From Utricularia gibba (taxonomy: Eukaryota > Plantae > Magnoliophyta), in contig CM007991.1 in NCBI GenBank assembly GCA_002189035.1, forward strand, positions 2,790,001 to 2,854,000: a stretch of 64,000 bases of DNA, given 5' to 3'. Every line of letters starts with the position of its first letter. The first letter of the stretch is position 1. The position numbers were made by a program, and so were the translations under genes. Positions 53,235-64,000 of this stretch are shown one piece after another. Under the pieces are notes generated by a model. That model had not been told where the DNA came from, searched no databases, and saw only the letters and a program-made list of their open reading frames with translations.

Positions 53235-53971
53235 ATGATGTCGTTGCCGGGTGAAGACAAGGAGATCAGAATGCCGGGTGGTGGTGGTTATGCACTGGAG
53301 ATCCCGCCGGAGAAGGCGAGAATTCTGGAGAGCTCCGGCGGGATCAAGGTTTCCAACGCCGCGAAGATAACTTACAAGGAGTGTCTAAAGAATCATGCCG
53401 CCAATATCGGTGGTAATGTCACCGATGGATGCGGCGAGTTCATGCCCAGCGGCGAGGAGGGTACGCTGGAAGCGCTGAAATGCGCCGCCTGTAGCTGTCA
53501 CCGGAACTTCCACCGGAAAGAGCCCACCGCGACCGCGATGGTCCACCCACTTCATTTCCCGGCCCCGATTCCGTCGGCTCCGATGATTCACCACCGCATC
53601 GGGGGAGCCCACTGGAACCCTATGGCCCAGCCGGTGAAAGTTGCGTTCCCCGGGGGAGGCAGCGGCGGGACGGACTCCTCCAGCGAGGAATTGAACTTCA
53701 ACACCTTCAATTCCACCCCGGTGACACCCCCCCTCCCCAGACGGCGACCAAGAAGCGGTTCCGGACGAAATTCACGGCGGAGCAGAAGGAGAAGATGCAA
53801 GAGTTCGCAGAGAAACTGGGGTGGCGAATTCCGAGAGAAGACGATTCAGAAGTCCAGCGGTTCTGCGCAGAAGTTGGCGTCAAACGCCAGGTTTTCAAAG
53901 TCTGGATGCACAACAACAAGTCTTCTTCCTCTTCGGCTTCCGCCACCAAAAAGAACCCTCAGGAACCGTAG
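53235..53971 (+). CDS. ZHD: ZF-HD zinc-finger homeodomain transcription factor, intronless, apparent -1 frameshift in the C7 run at 53727-53733
   Basis: [25 protein letters not shown]...[16 protein letters not shown]. In the next frame: [25 protein letters not shown]...[10 protein letters not shown]...PQEP*. Confidence 0.92.
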
Positions 53972-54218
53972 AACGTGATCCTAAATTTCTCTTGTAGTCT
54001 TTGAGTTTCATTCCTGCTTCACAGCCAGCAGCATCCCATCCCATGTTCGGTCCACGCCATCATCGTCTCCTTGTACTAAATTTGTTATCATCAAGTCCTC
54101 CAGATTCCATCCAACTCTTCGCTTTCATGCAAAATGATCCTTCATGACATATGCAAGTGAGTTCTACAGTGCGTATAAAAGAATCATAATGATAAAATAG
54201 TATCCAGTACACCATTCT

Positions 54219-54291
54219 GGGGATGTAGCTCAGATGGTAGAGCGCTCGCTTAGCATGCGAGAGGTACGGGGATCGATACCCCGCATCTCCA
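54219..54291 (+). tRNA. tRNA-Ala: tRNA-Ala (AGC)
   Basis: GGGGATGTAGCTCAGATGGTAGAGCGCTCGCTTAGCATGCGAGAGGTACGGGGATCGATACCCCGCATCTCCA, full cloverleaf. Confidence 0.97.
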
Positions 54292-54866
54292 TTCACTAAT
54301 AAGCTGCTGCCTTTTTCATGAATTTTTAGTAGAAATGGACCACTCATTAGCGGCTCGGCCCGGCCCATTTATGCAAGGCTCGTAGGACTACCCTGATCCT
54401 CATGTGGTGGGACCTACATGCCCTTTTCCACCACCCCAAAAGAATGCTTTCTTTTGTAAAAGCAAGAGCAAGGAATCATCTAATCAGGCACGTGGTGGTT
54501 TGTAATAAAATGAGAAAAACGTTTTCATAAATGTATGCTTTTGTTTGACTCAACTACAGTGACAACCTCAAATCACGCTCGCCTTGCCCTCATAAACGTA
54601 TGCTTGCAGACATGAAGGAAGAAATGATCTACTTGTTTGAATCGTCAAGGGGAGAGTGGAATTTTTGGAGAACATCAGGAAACAGGAATGCGAATGGACA
54701 CAAGTCCCGAGGAGAATGAATGAATGTTGGTACTTTACCTTAACCTGACCTTGTAGGAATTTGAGGTGTACAATACCATCTTCTTCTTCTTCTTCCAATT
54801 TCCATGTGGTCAGCATCCAAGCTGTGTCTGCGCGCATCTTCTTCTCCTTTTCATCACTTGACATAT

Positions 54867-55646
54867 TTAAATTAGGAAACAGTTTTTCCGACGATCAGCA
54901 GCTGCTCTGTCTTCCAACTTCTCTTTTCTCACCTGCTTCACATCGTAGAAAGTTCTGGGTAATTTTTTGAAATCGAAGCGTGTGTCCTTGGTGCTCCGTT
55001 TTGGGTTCTTGGTCACATGGAGTTGATACCTGAAAGAGAGCTAATGTTTAAGCAGTGCAATGGCAGTTGCATGGACTGAAGGAATCAAAGTGAAAAGGAA
55101 AGCTTTTAAAAAATGGCGAGATGTAAAGGTTGTTGCTACATACCACACAAAGCTGAAGCTGGCACTGAACGGATAGAGCAGCAGCCTTCTTTCTGATAAA
55201 GGGATATAAAAGGGGCAGTTGATACAGCAAATCCAAGCAAACGCAACTTTATTTGTGTGCATGTGTATGTGAATCTCCTCAGGAAAATAAAAGTAAAGAG
55301 TAAGAGTAATATTGTATACCTAATAATCAAGATTACGACTCGAAGCTTTCCAGTAGTAGACGTCCGAAGTTGTCCAAGTGGTAAACGATGGAACATTGTC
55401 TGATAACAAACCTTGTTTGCAGAAGATGCCGATGAGCTTGGTTTGATGGCGGGGTGTAATCAATGCAATGATAACCCATTTCATCTTGTAATCCCCACTC
55501 AATGCTAGAACAACCACCATGCCGGAGGTTGCTTCTTAGCATCTCAGGTAAATTAGGGTAATAAGTAGTATCTGGGAACTTTTCACTGTTGATTCTCTGA
55601 GGAAAGTGCAGATCCGTGGTGCCGGGTGAACGAAATAGTGTTGCCA
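54867..55646 (-). CDS. Unrecognised spliced gene (last two exons 55646-55337 and 55029-54867; 5' part unresolved) ending in RRKNCFLI*
   Basis: Strong pyrimidine acceptor before 55646, GTAATC donor at 55336 and TTTCAG acceptor at 55030, with consistent phases (310-nt exon). Peptide ...WGLQDEMGYHCIDY...HLDNFGRLLLESFES|YQLHVTKNPK...RFDFKKLPRTFY. No family recognised. Confidence 0.55.
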
Positions 55647-58203
55647 CTTGGAGATAGAGGAAGCAAATGGAGGATTAAAAGATGAAATGGCGTGGCCCCA
55701 GAGCGATCTTCAGACCAATCGGGCCATGGAGCTCGACAGGTCCATAAAATTCGTGAAAACAACGTAGGACACAAACCAAAACTTCTTTTTATGCACGATT
55801 CATCAAGTTAGCGGCCTGGTCCGAAAGGCCCATATGAGTTTTCAAAGCAAGCCCTGTTTGTGTTTGAATAACAGCAAGAATGCAAGATACTCAGTTCTTC
55901 TGGTGGTCCTTTGATGGTGAAGGAAAGAAGGGGTCGTGGGGATGATACGAATGAGTCGAATATTCGGTTCCATATCCATCTTGACGCCATGAATTCGTTT
56001 TCCAGGATAATATATTCTGCATCCTTCACCAACGATGGACTAACTTTTTTGGATGCTTGTTTTGTCTACGGTAAGGACTTGGGTTGCTTTCCATGACTCG
56101 CATCACTCCAAAGCAAGCCCTATGCCCCCATCTCCCCATCATTTCCTTTTTCATCTTTCACTCCCTTTTCCTTGAAAACCCTAAAAAACACAGCAAATTC
56201 ATTCTTTTACAAAGCAACACCAACTCCATGTCATGTGTTGGTTTAAGACTGATCACTACTACAATAAACGGGTGGTGGGTTTGGGGCTTTAGCATGTGCA
56301 GAATACTCCCCCCTGCTGGTTGCACTGAATGGGATATGAATAAGTGCCCTGTGGGAGTGCATGGCATGTGCTGGTAAAGTTGTGGGAGGTCCCAACAACG
56401 CATGCCTTTGAAACTAAGTAACCTGCTCCTACCCCTCCTACTCCTCCCTCTAAGGCCTCCCATTTCAGAGGAAACCCCCAGCGCAGAAGAAGATGAAGGA
56501 AATACCCATCTATCAAGACCCCCTTCCTCCAGTTTCCCCGCCATGATTGCTGATCCTTCATTGAAATCAATTATTAGTAATCAATTTAATCTAAATTTTT
56601 ATAATGTGATTCATATTTATTGTATACTTGAGATTCATGTATGTTTGTCATATCAATATCGAATATTAAATTTCAACAATTAAAACATACATTCTCAAGC
56701 ACCAGGTATCATGGTACATAGTATGAAACACCACAGGCGCTCCAGCTCTCTTTAATGCTACCATCGTAGAAGCAAAGTGGGACACAAGGGTTTGGTGTCA
56801 CTTGGGGTTTAGAAGATTTTATATTATTTTAAAATAATCAAAAAAATCGTAGATTTAATTTAAATTTTGTCAACCCAATTATCTATCGTGAATGATTTTA
56901 AATCTAAAGATGACTACTAATCATTGTTTTTTTTTAATGTAATCCAGCTAATTGGATAATTTTTTATTATTTCAGGATATTGAAATACTTTTTTTTGGAA
57001 AGGAGATGGTGAAAGGTGAGCGTGGATTGCTCAGCCCCAGTGGGGATGTGGGGCCCCCCAAACCCGACCAGATTAATGTCGTAGGCCACGTGAGGACACG
57101 CCCATAAATAAAATTATTTAAAAAAAAACTACCTGCATTTGAGAAATGTTATATATATTAGCTGGCGACTTTGAATAGTGGGCCCATCCTTCTTTCCCTC
57201 CAATTTATTTCTTTTTTTTAAAAAAATATATTTCTCATCAGTGACTTAGAAATACAATTATGCATGTGTAAGAAAAAAAAAAGGGATTATATTTAATATG
57301 AATTTTTTATATTGATATATGAAATTGTTATGCAGGTAAATGGTCACCGTCGGCGTCCGAGCGCAAATGGCGGAGAAGTGACGGCGACCGGATGGAGGAG
57401 CAGTCTAAATCAGCTTTTGGATTTCGGATCTGATGGGAAAGAGGCTGAACCCGGAACCCATCTGAACACCGTCTTGGGTACGGCTGTCGGAACGGCGGCC
57501 TTCACTGTTGAGAGTTGCTTGTATATACATGGCGGAGACCCACGTTTCGTTCTGATCCGACGGGAAGCGGTTTTTAAGGTCCGCCGTGTTTGTGTGGTGG
57601 GTTGTGGCTAGCAGGCCGCAAAAAGGAAACTTGTATCATCTCAGGAGTGATCCGATAGACAACAGAGATGGTGTGTGCCCAGGGTCTCGTTACTGTTTGG
57701 TTTATATTCCTAATCTTGGCGAGGAAAAACAAGCTCACAGGAGGAAGACAGGACCAAGTTGTCTGCATTTGGCGCAGCACCTTTCCCTGTCCTGGAAGCC
57801 TGCGTTTTCTGCAATAGTTGACAATGTTATGTACCCATTGACATATCCCCGGTTAGCCTGCTGTGTACGCAAAGTAAATTGATAAAAATATGTGATGGTG
57901 TCTGGGGTAGCTTCTGGTTCAGTGTATGTCGCCGGGATTTGAGCTGACCTTCATGGCGTCAGCACCCTGCCCATCACCTGCACCTGCACCTGCACATCGG
58001 GTTTCATTTTTTTAAAAAAATGATGAAAGAGAAATGGTTTACGCGGGGCCCCGCCAGGATCCCTCGCGCGATAAATCTCCCCCCTCCATCGCACAGGCTG
58101 CTTCCTCCCTCCCTCCCTCCCTCCCTCCTCCTCCGCCCGTGCTCTCTCGTTTTGCTTCGGCAGAGACTTGCAGATGTTTCTGTCTTCTTGTTTCTAGATT
58201 TCT

Positions 58204-58329
58204 ATGCCTCCTGTTCTGAGCGAGATACTTGGCTCTGGTTTTATGCTACACTCCTCCCTCCGCCGCGGAGCCAATCTCGTTCAATCCTTCTCCGTTGTCT
58301 TCCTCTACTGGTTCTACGTCTTCTCATAA
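58204..58329 (+). CDS. Conserved peptide uORF (sucrose-induced repression of translation, SIRT) of S1-bZIP
   Basis: MPPVLSEILGSGFMLHSSLRRGANLVQSFSVVFLYWFYVFS*, 41 aa, ending 42 nt before the bZIP ATG. Confidence 0.93.
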   Translation: MPPVLSEILGSGFMLHSSLRRGANLVQSFSVVFLYWFYVFS

Positions 58330-58371
58330 TCCATTTCTAACACCCCAGTTTGCAGATTCGTCTCCTCCTCT

Positions 58372-58802
58372 ATGGCGTCGTCCAGTGGCAACTCCTCTTC
58401 AGGGTGGGAGGGGATCTGCAGAGTCTGGTGGATCAGAGGAAGAGGAAGCGGATGGAATCGAACCGGGAGTCCGCGCGGCGGTCCAGGCTTCGGAAGCAGA
58501 AGCACCTCGATGATCTGAAGGGGCAGGTGACGCAGTTGCAGAACGAGAACGCTGAATTCTTGAGGAGCATAAGTTTGACCGCCAGAAGCTACGCTCAAAT
58601 CCAAGGCGAGAATTCCCTTCTGAGATCTCAGATGGCGGAACTGACAGAAACTCTCCGCTATCTCAACGGGATCCTCGATTCCGTCAACCACCACCACGCC
58701 CCCTCTCATCTGGGTCGCCTCTGCGACGGGCTGTACGGCGCCGCCCACCTGGGTCAACACTTCCCGATCATGGCTGCCGCCGAAATGATGTTCGATTACT
58801 GA
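58372..58802 (+). CDS. Group S1 bZIP transcription factor (bZIP11/44/53-like), apparent -1 frameshift in the G run at 58410-58413
   Basis: MASSSGNSSSG start; one extra G gives ..EGDLQSLVDQRKRKRMESNRESARRSRLRKQKHLDDL; C-terminal PIMAAAEMMFDY*. Confidence 0.92.
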
Positions 58803-59311
58803 AGTTCGCATTGTCCAATTCCAGTTTCAGGCTGCTGATCGACAGTACAAACAATAACGTGATTTTCAGTTCAGTTTTTGGAATTGGAACTGCTCCCCAG
58901 TCCCGTGTGTCTGTGAGTGTGATCTTGCCAAGTAGAAAGAAGGGCCCCACTTCTGTCTGTTTTCATTGGGCCGTCCGTGACCTTTTGGCCCAATTACGCA
59001 TATAGGGCCTTATGGTTAAAGCCCATTAAGAATATTGTAGCATTTCGTAAGTTCATTGTGATCAACCAAATGCTAATTTAGGAAATGATTTGTCTATGCC
59101 ACACAATTAATTATTTTTGGTAAGAAGCATTAAAAAATTGAACCAAACTGCGGGACCGCGACACAAGAGGGCTGAGCGCGTAGTACGTCTGTCGTGGTGG
59201 TCTCTCTTCTTCCTCCGGCTGCGGTGTCATCTTGAGTGTAGATAGGGGTTTTCTGAGCTAGAATTGTGGGCGAGCTCGGACCCAGTCAGTCGCTGGATTC
59301 TCTTCTATACT

Positions 59312-60772
59312 ATGGAGGGTTATGTGTTGGGAATTGTTGGACTTGGAGTTGTTTGCTGGACAATATTGTTTTTCGTTACAAGGAAGGCGTTTCCCAAGAT
59401 TTCTTTCGAGCTCAGCAACCGTTTTGTTTCTTCTGCACATGCTTTCGTGGCGGTTTCTCTGGCTTCTGCTTCCGTGGAGAGTTGGAGATGCCCAATTTGC
59501 CCGGTGGCCTCTGAATCATCACCAAAGCAGGTGGATCTCTGTTTCTTGTTTTTTGTTTGGAGGATTGGATAATTGAAGTTTCTGGGTTTCTGGGTTTTGA
59601 AATCGGCTTGCTGTTGGTGTTGAAGAGCGATGCTACCCTGGCTGTCCCCAGTTTCACGCATTTCTCGATTTGTTCATCCGTTGTTTTCATTCGATTTTTG
59701 TTGCCACCTGCAATACATTTCCTTTAAAAAGCTGATTGCTGCTACTGCGTGGAAGTTAAAATTCTTATATGCCCCATTTCCGTATTGGTTTTTTTTTTTT
59801 TTTTTTTTGAAGTAGCAGCTGCGACGATCAGCGATGAATATGCTTTGTCATAGGGGGAAAACGAATCTTTTTTTTTTGTGTTAAACTTCTTGTTTTACTT
59901 ACTGTCAGAGTTGAGAACTTAACCATGACTATTCTAACTGGAACAGATGCAAACACTAGCAGTGACTGTAGGATATCTGATCTATGACTCGGTGTGCAGC
60001 CTCTTTGAGAAGCAAGGTAAGCCAGACATGTTGATCCACCATTTAGTCAGCCTTGTTGGCCTTGGCGCTGGACTTTTCTACAGAAGGGTAATGTACCGGC
60101 CCCATCCTTCTTGCTAAAATAGAGCAAAAATGAATGGCAATGAATATGCTTCAAGTAGCTTTTCTCACCATTGAACGACCTTGTGCTAACAAAGTTCTTG
60201 AAATCAGTTTCCGAATATGCTTGTCTATTTGCTATGTTAAATTGTTGAAAGGCTGCGATAAATGTAGTGTGGATCAGAAATGGTGGCAGCATTGTGGATT
60301 ACTGAAGTATCCAGCCCATTCCTCCACCTCAGAGAGCTCCTTAAAGAGCTTGGAATCAAGGATACGTGGCTCAACTTGGCTGCTGATGTTAGTTGTTCCT
60401 CCTCGTATTACCATTTCTCAACCTTTTTGGGGTTCTCAGAGGAATTAGTATCTGTTTCTTGGTGTTCACTTTTTTGCAGATAGCCTTTGCAATCATCTTC
60501 ACATCAGCAAGGATGATAGGCGGACCTTATCTGACATACGTCACCCTCTCAACTCCAAACCCGCTCCTTATCAAGGTAACCTTCTTCTGACATGTCAATG
60601 TTATGGGATCGCATCCGTGGCTTCAGCTTTTTACTATTGGCATGTGTCTGCTTGGCGTTAACAGGCAATGGCTTTGGGGCTACAGCTAGTGAGTATATTT
60701 TGGGTATACAGGATTCTGAGAATGGTGAAGCTCAAGCTGGATAAATGGTTCTCCAAAAGCAAACGCCATTGA
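59312..60772 (+). CDS. TLC (TRAM/LAG1/CLN8) domain membrane protein, 5 exons
   Basis: FELSNRFVSSAHA; CPICPVASESSPKQ|MQTLAV; LIHHLVSLVG; LWITEVSSPFLHLRELLKELG; ARMIGGPYLTY; MALGLQLVSIFW. Confidence 0.88.
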
Positions 60773-61076
60773 GATATGCAACTGCTTCCATTTATTTGGA
60801 TACTGATTAGAACCTCATTCCTCAAACTATGGCCATGCATCATTGAACCGTGGCATTCATTGTTAGTGTTAATTACAGAAAGGTTTGCGCTCTTTTATTA
60901 AAGGGATTCCTCTGTCAATTGCTTGAGAAGTATCACATGTGGAAATAATTTGAATAGAAGTGCGGCAGATAGATAATTCACATGACATTCAACACAAGAT
61001 GCCAGAATCGGGTAACCAAGTCGACCATCACATGAAAACGCCACAACAAAATAAAAGAGTTGATTCTACAGAAATC

Positions 61077-62072
61077 TCAGGCTGTGAGGGCACCATGCTC
61101 TGTTACCTTGGCCTGCAGGACCTCCTTTTGTGCACCAACCATCCTATCGATTTCCTTTCCATCTTTGAAGAATACAAAGGTTGGCATGGCAGTAACTTGG
61201 TGCTCCTCAGCAACAGCCTGTAGATGGAAAGGGACACAGGATGAATTAGTACAACCAACAAAAAGAAAGGTTGCAACACTGGATTAACACAATGGGTTTA
61301 AAGGTGGTTGCTTACAGGGAGTTCATCAACATCAACCTTGAGAAATAGAACATGGGGTGTCTTCTTGGCGATCTCGGATAGGACAGGAGCAATGAAGCGG
61401 CAAGGCCCGCACCATGAAGCAGTGAAGTCCACCACGATCTGAGAAACAAGTTTTTACTTAGTAAATATGACCATGGATAGCCACTTCGACGTTGCACTTC
61501 AACTTGTCAGAATTACCACCAGACAAAATGGATAAGAATTACTCTGAAAAGGACCCATGATTATACGTGCGCCACTCAAGCACAGGTGAAAAATGAATCA
61601 AATATGGGGATCAAAGATCGAAACTTGAATGATATTAATGTCACTCCCAAATCAGGGCTCATCACACATGGAAAATATGGGACTCAAAAACAGTCCTCTG
61701 CCCACAAAGAAGACTTGTGAATTCTGATCAGGAAAAAAACTAAAGTAGTTTATCGTTTATGGTTAAAAGTATCCCCGCTGAACATAGACAAAAAGGAACG
61801 AATCAAACAACACCCACGAACAAGATAGTAAAACGTCACACTCTGAAAACAAACAGTAAATTTGGGATAATAGGGCACGCAAAAGAATAGCCATCGTGTT
61901 TCTCCGATTTCCGAAAACGGACTGCAGCAGGATCAAAAAACATGATAAAAACGGGGGAATTTGACCATCTCACCAACTTCAAAGCCTCAGCGCCCTTCCT
62001 CAATTGGTCTCCCCACTCCTCCACCGTGTGCACACCGATCACCTGTCCAACCAGTCCCTCCCCAGAAGCCAT
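61077..62072 (-). CDS. TRXh: Thioredoxin h, 3 exons
   Basis: [10 protein letters not shown]; [18 protein letters not shown]; FLKVDVDEL; [20 protein letters not shown]. Confidence 0.95.
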
Positions 62073-62641
62073 CTCTAATACCAGAAAACCGTAAGACCGA
62101 ATATGTGCGAGGGAAAATTTCATGCGAGGGGGATTCTTTTTATAGGCCCCCCACGGGCCGCTGAGATGACCGTAAAGTCCACACAATCCACCATATTTAC
62201 GAATTTTGCCACTGTACACGTAACCGATGACGCCTCTTTCCGGCAGCGGTCAAAGTCAAAGCAAATCCATGTCCCGTGAACAGTGGAGATTGAAAGATGA
62301 ACCTAGTCGCGGTCAAGGTCAACGAGAATCAATGTCCAAAAAAAAAAAGGAAATATCAATAAACCAAAGTAGGATACGTTATTAAGATAGTGTCAATACC
62401 TCGACCATAATGCACATGCCATAAATTAAATCAACTTGGCGCATCCCCATTCGCACGATTGGCATTATTATTAAATTCAATGATTTGTGTATTCTATCTG
62501 ACAGGACAAACAAATAGGAAGGGATGGTTCTTTCATTGATAGAAGAAGAACTAGAAATGGTATTCATCCTTGGTAAATGATTTCTTGTTCTAGGAAGTAT
62601 CGAACGGGATATCATTAATAATAATTGAGCTCTTACGTCAA

Positions 62642-62714
62642 TCCGTTGTAGTCTAGTTGGTTAGGATACTCGGCTCTCACCCGAGAGACCCGGGTTCGAG
62701 TCCCGGCAACGGAA
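62642..62714 (+). tRNA. tRNA-Glu: tRNA-Glu (CTC)
   Basis: TCCGTTGTAGTCTAGTTGGTTAGGATACTCGGCTCTCACCCGAGAGACCCGGGTTCGAGTCCCGGCAACGGAA. Confidence 0.97.
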
Positions 62715-62789
62715 GTATCTTTTGTGTTTCTTTTTCATGTCTTCGGGCATGACATTATCTTGGTGCATGGGGAGCTTTTACATTTATTT

Positions 62790-63011
62790 GGGTGTGTTTG
62801 GTAAAGAGTATAAAGATTGATAGTTAAATGTGAAAAGAAAAATAGAATATTTAATATATGAGATAAATTATATTTAGAATAAATCATATCATGAATATGA
62901 AATAAAATAATGAAAATAAAAAAATTAGTATAAAATTATACTGTCATATATCTTCTATTTATATACCATCTTTTATTCCTAATATAATTTATTTATGTAC
63001 CAAACACACTC
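62790..63011. mobile_element. Tourist/PIF-Harbinger-like MITE, 222 bp
   Basis: 14-bp TIRs GGGTGTGTTTGGTA / TACCAAACACACTC (1 mismatch), very AT-rich interior, flanks TTT and TTA (imperfect 3-bp TSD). Confidence 0.7.
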
Positions 63012-63295
63012 TTATCTTAATGTGATATTCCGTGTATAACCCCATGATAGAAGGATATGGGAAGGATGGATTGGATTTGTAGTGTTTGTCACTTGACCAG
63101 CATGAGCCGCGCTGCCCCTTAATTAAGTAGCCCATGCGGGACTCATGGATGCATCACACCAGGCATGAAGCTCTCCCCCCAAATTTAATACATGGCTTGC
63201 CCCTTTGAACCGCCATCCATAAAACCATGTTCCTGTTTCAACTTTGGGACCAAAGCTACTGAATCTCCTAACAACTTTCCAGGCAGGAGACGTTT

Positions 63296-63547
63296 ATGGG
63301 GGGTCCAGTTCTTTGGATGGTGCTGCTGCTGGTCCTGCTGCTACTGCTGATGCTTATGGTGGTGAGAGCTGCAGGGTCCGGCTTGGCAATGGCGCCACCG
63401 CCGCTGCTTTCCTTTCCATCTGAGGAGGAGCTGCTTGCCACACATGCCCAGCTGATGGCACAGGAGGACTACATCATTTGGGATCCATCCCCATATTTCC
63501 ATCACGGTGGGGTTGCTCCCGTTCCTCAAGCATCAAGACAGAGGTAA
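63296..63547 (+). CDS. Small secreted peptide precursor, 83 aa, with C-terminal DY-W-P-P-GG-PVP motif
   Basis: Hydrophobic signal peptide (LWMVLLLVLLLLLMLMVVRA), low-complexity prodomain, then EDYIIWDPSPYFHHGGVAPVPQ; intronless. Confidence 0.7.
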   Translation: MGGPVLWMVLLLVLLLLLMLMVVRAAGSGLAMAPPPLLSFPSEEELLATHAQLMAQEDYIIWDPSPYFHHGGVAPVPQASRQR

Positions 63548-64000
63548 CTAGTTTATGCCACTTGAGCACAAGACTCCCGGAAGGATCCTTCCTAGGCACT
63601 TGCTTCATCACAACTCTGGTCTACGGAAGAGTCTGACAGGGTGAAGGATAGAAAAAAAAGGCACAGCAAAGCAACATGCTCTCAAGTGTATTTACTGGAG
63701 AATCCATTAAGAGAAAAAGGGATAACATTTTGCGTAGCAAATGAACCCTCTGTCCCATCTTCTCTTACCTCTTCTAAGAGGGATCGGAATGGGAAGTACA
63801 TAAACGAAGATTTACATTCTCATGTTGTAAAAATACAGAAAGCCGCACTGCTGACCTCAGATGGATTCAGCAACTCTTACCTACGTCGATGCTATCAGCA
63901 GAAGCCACAACTGCCGTGCCTTTGTCTTTATGTAGGTAATAGCCACTTTTGAGAGGCAGGAATCTGAGACCTGCAAAAGTCAGCAGCCCAACTGCCAACC

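Noticed and set aside
57970-57998. (CACCTG)n resembling miR530
   Set aside because: It is a short tandem repeat with no complementary arm nearby.

Overview
Very compact, gene-dense nuclear window of a flowering plant, with short GT-AG introns and about one gene per 3 kb. I cannot identify the species. About 20 protein-coding loci: TGS1 (3' end cut off by the window edge), secreted alpha-amylase, VID27/CYPRO4-like, NodH-like sulfotransferase-fold protein, membrane metallophosphoesterase, a leucine-zipper-only MIP1/DUF547 relative, a serpin, ent-kaurene oxidase (CYP701A), an uncharacterised plastid-type membrane protein, SEC3, SAP30-like AFR, BES1/BZR1, an IDD zinc finger, an uncharacterised thylakoid-type protein, a cN-II 5'-nucleotidase, ZF-HD, an unrecognised spliced CaaX-ending gene, an S1-bZIP with its sucrose-control uORF, a TLC protein, thioredoxin h and a DY-motif secreted peptide precursor. 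There are three canonical tRNAs (iMet, Ala, Glu), a Tourist-like MITE and a plastid rpoC1 fragment. The ORF-poor 40.9-45 kb interval is non-coding RNA territory. It holds a telo-box/site II/TATA promoter driving five C/D snoRNAs, one with apparent guides to both 18S rRNA and U6 snRNA. A second TATA unit follows, with orphan C/D candidates and a tRNA-like element. Six otherwise intact genes each need one extra base in a G or C run, which points to long-read assembly error rather than pseudogenes. All homologue, rRNA and U6 comparisons are from memory, not from database searches.
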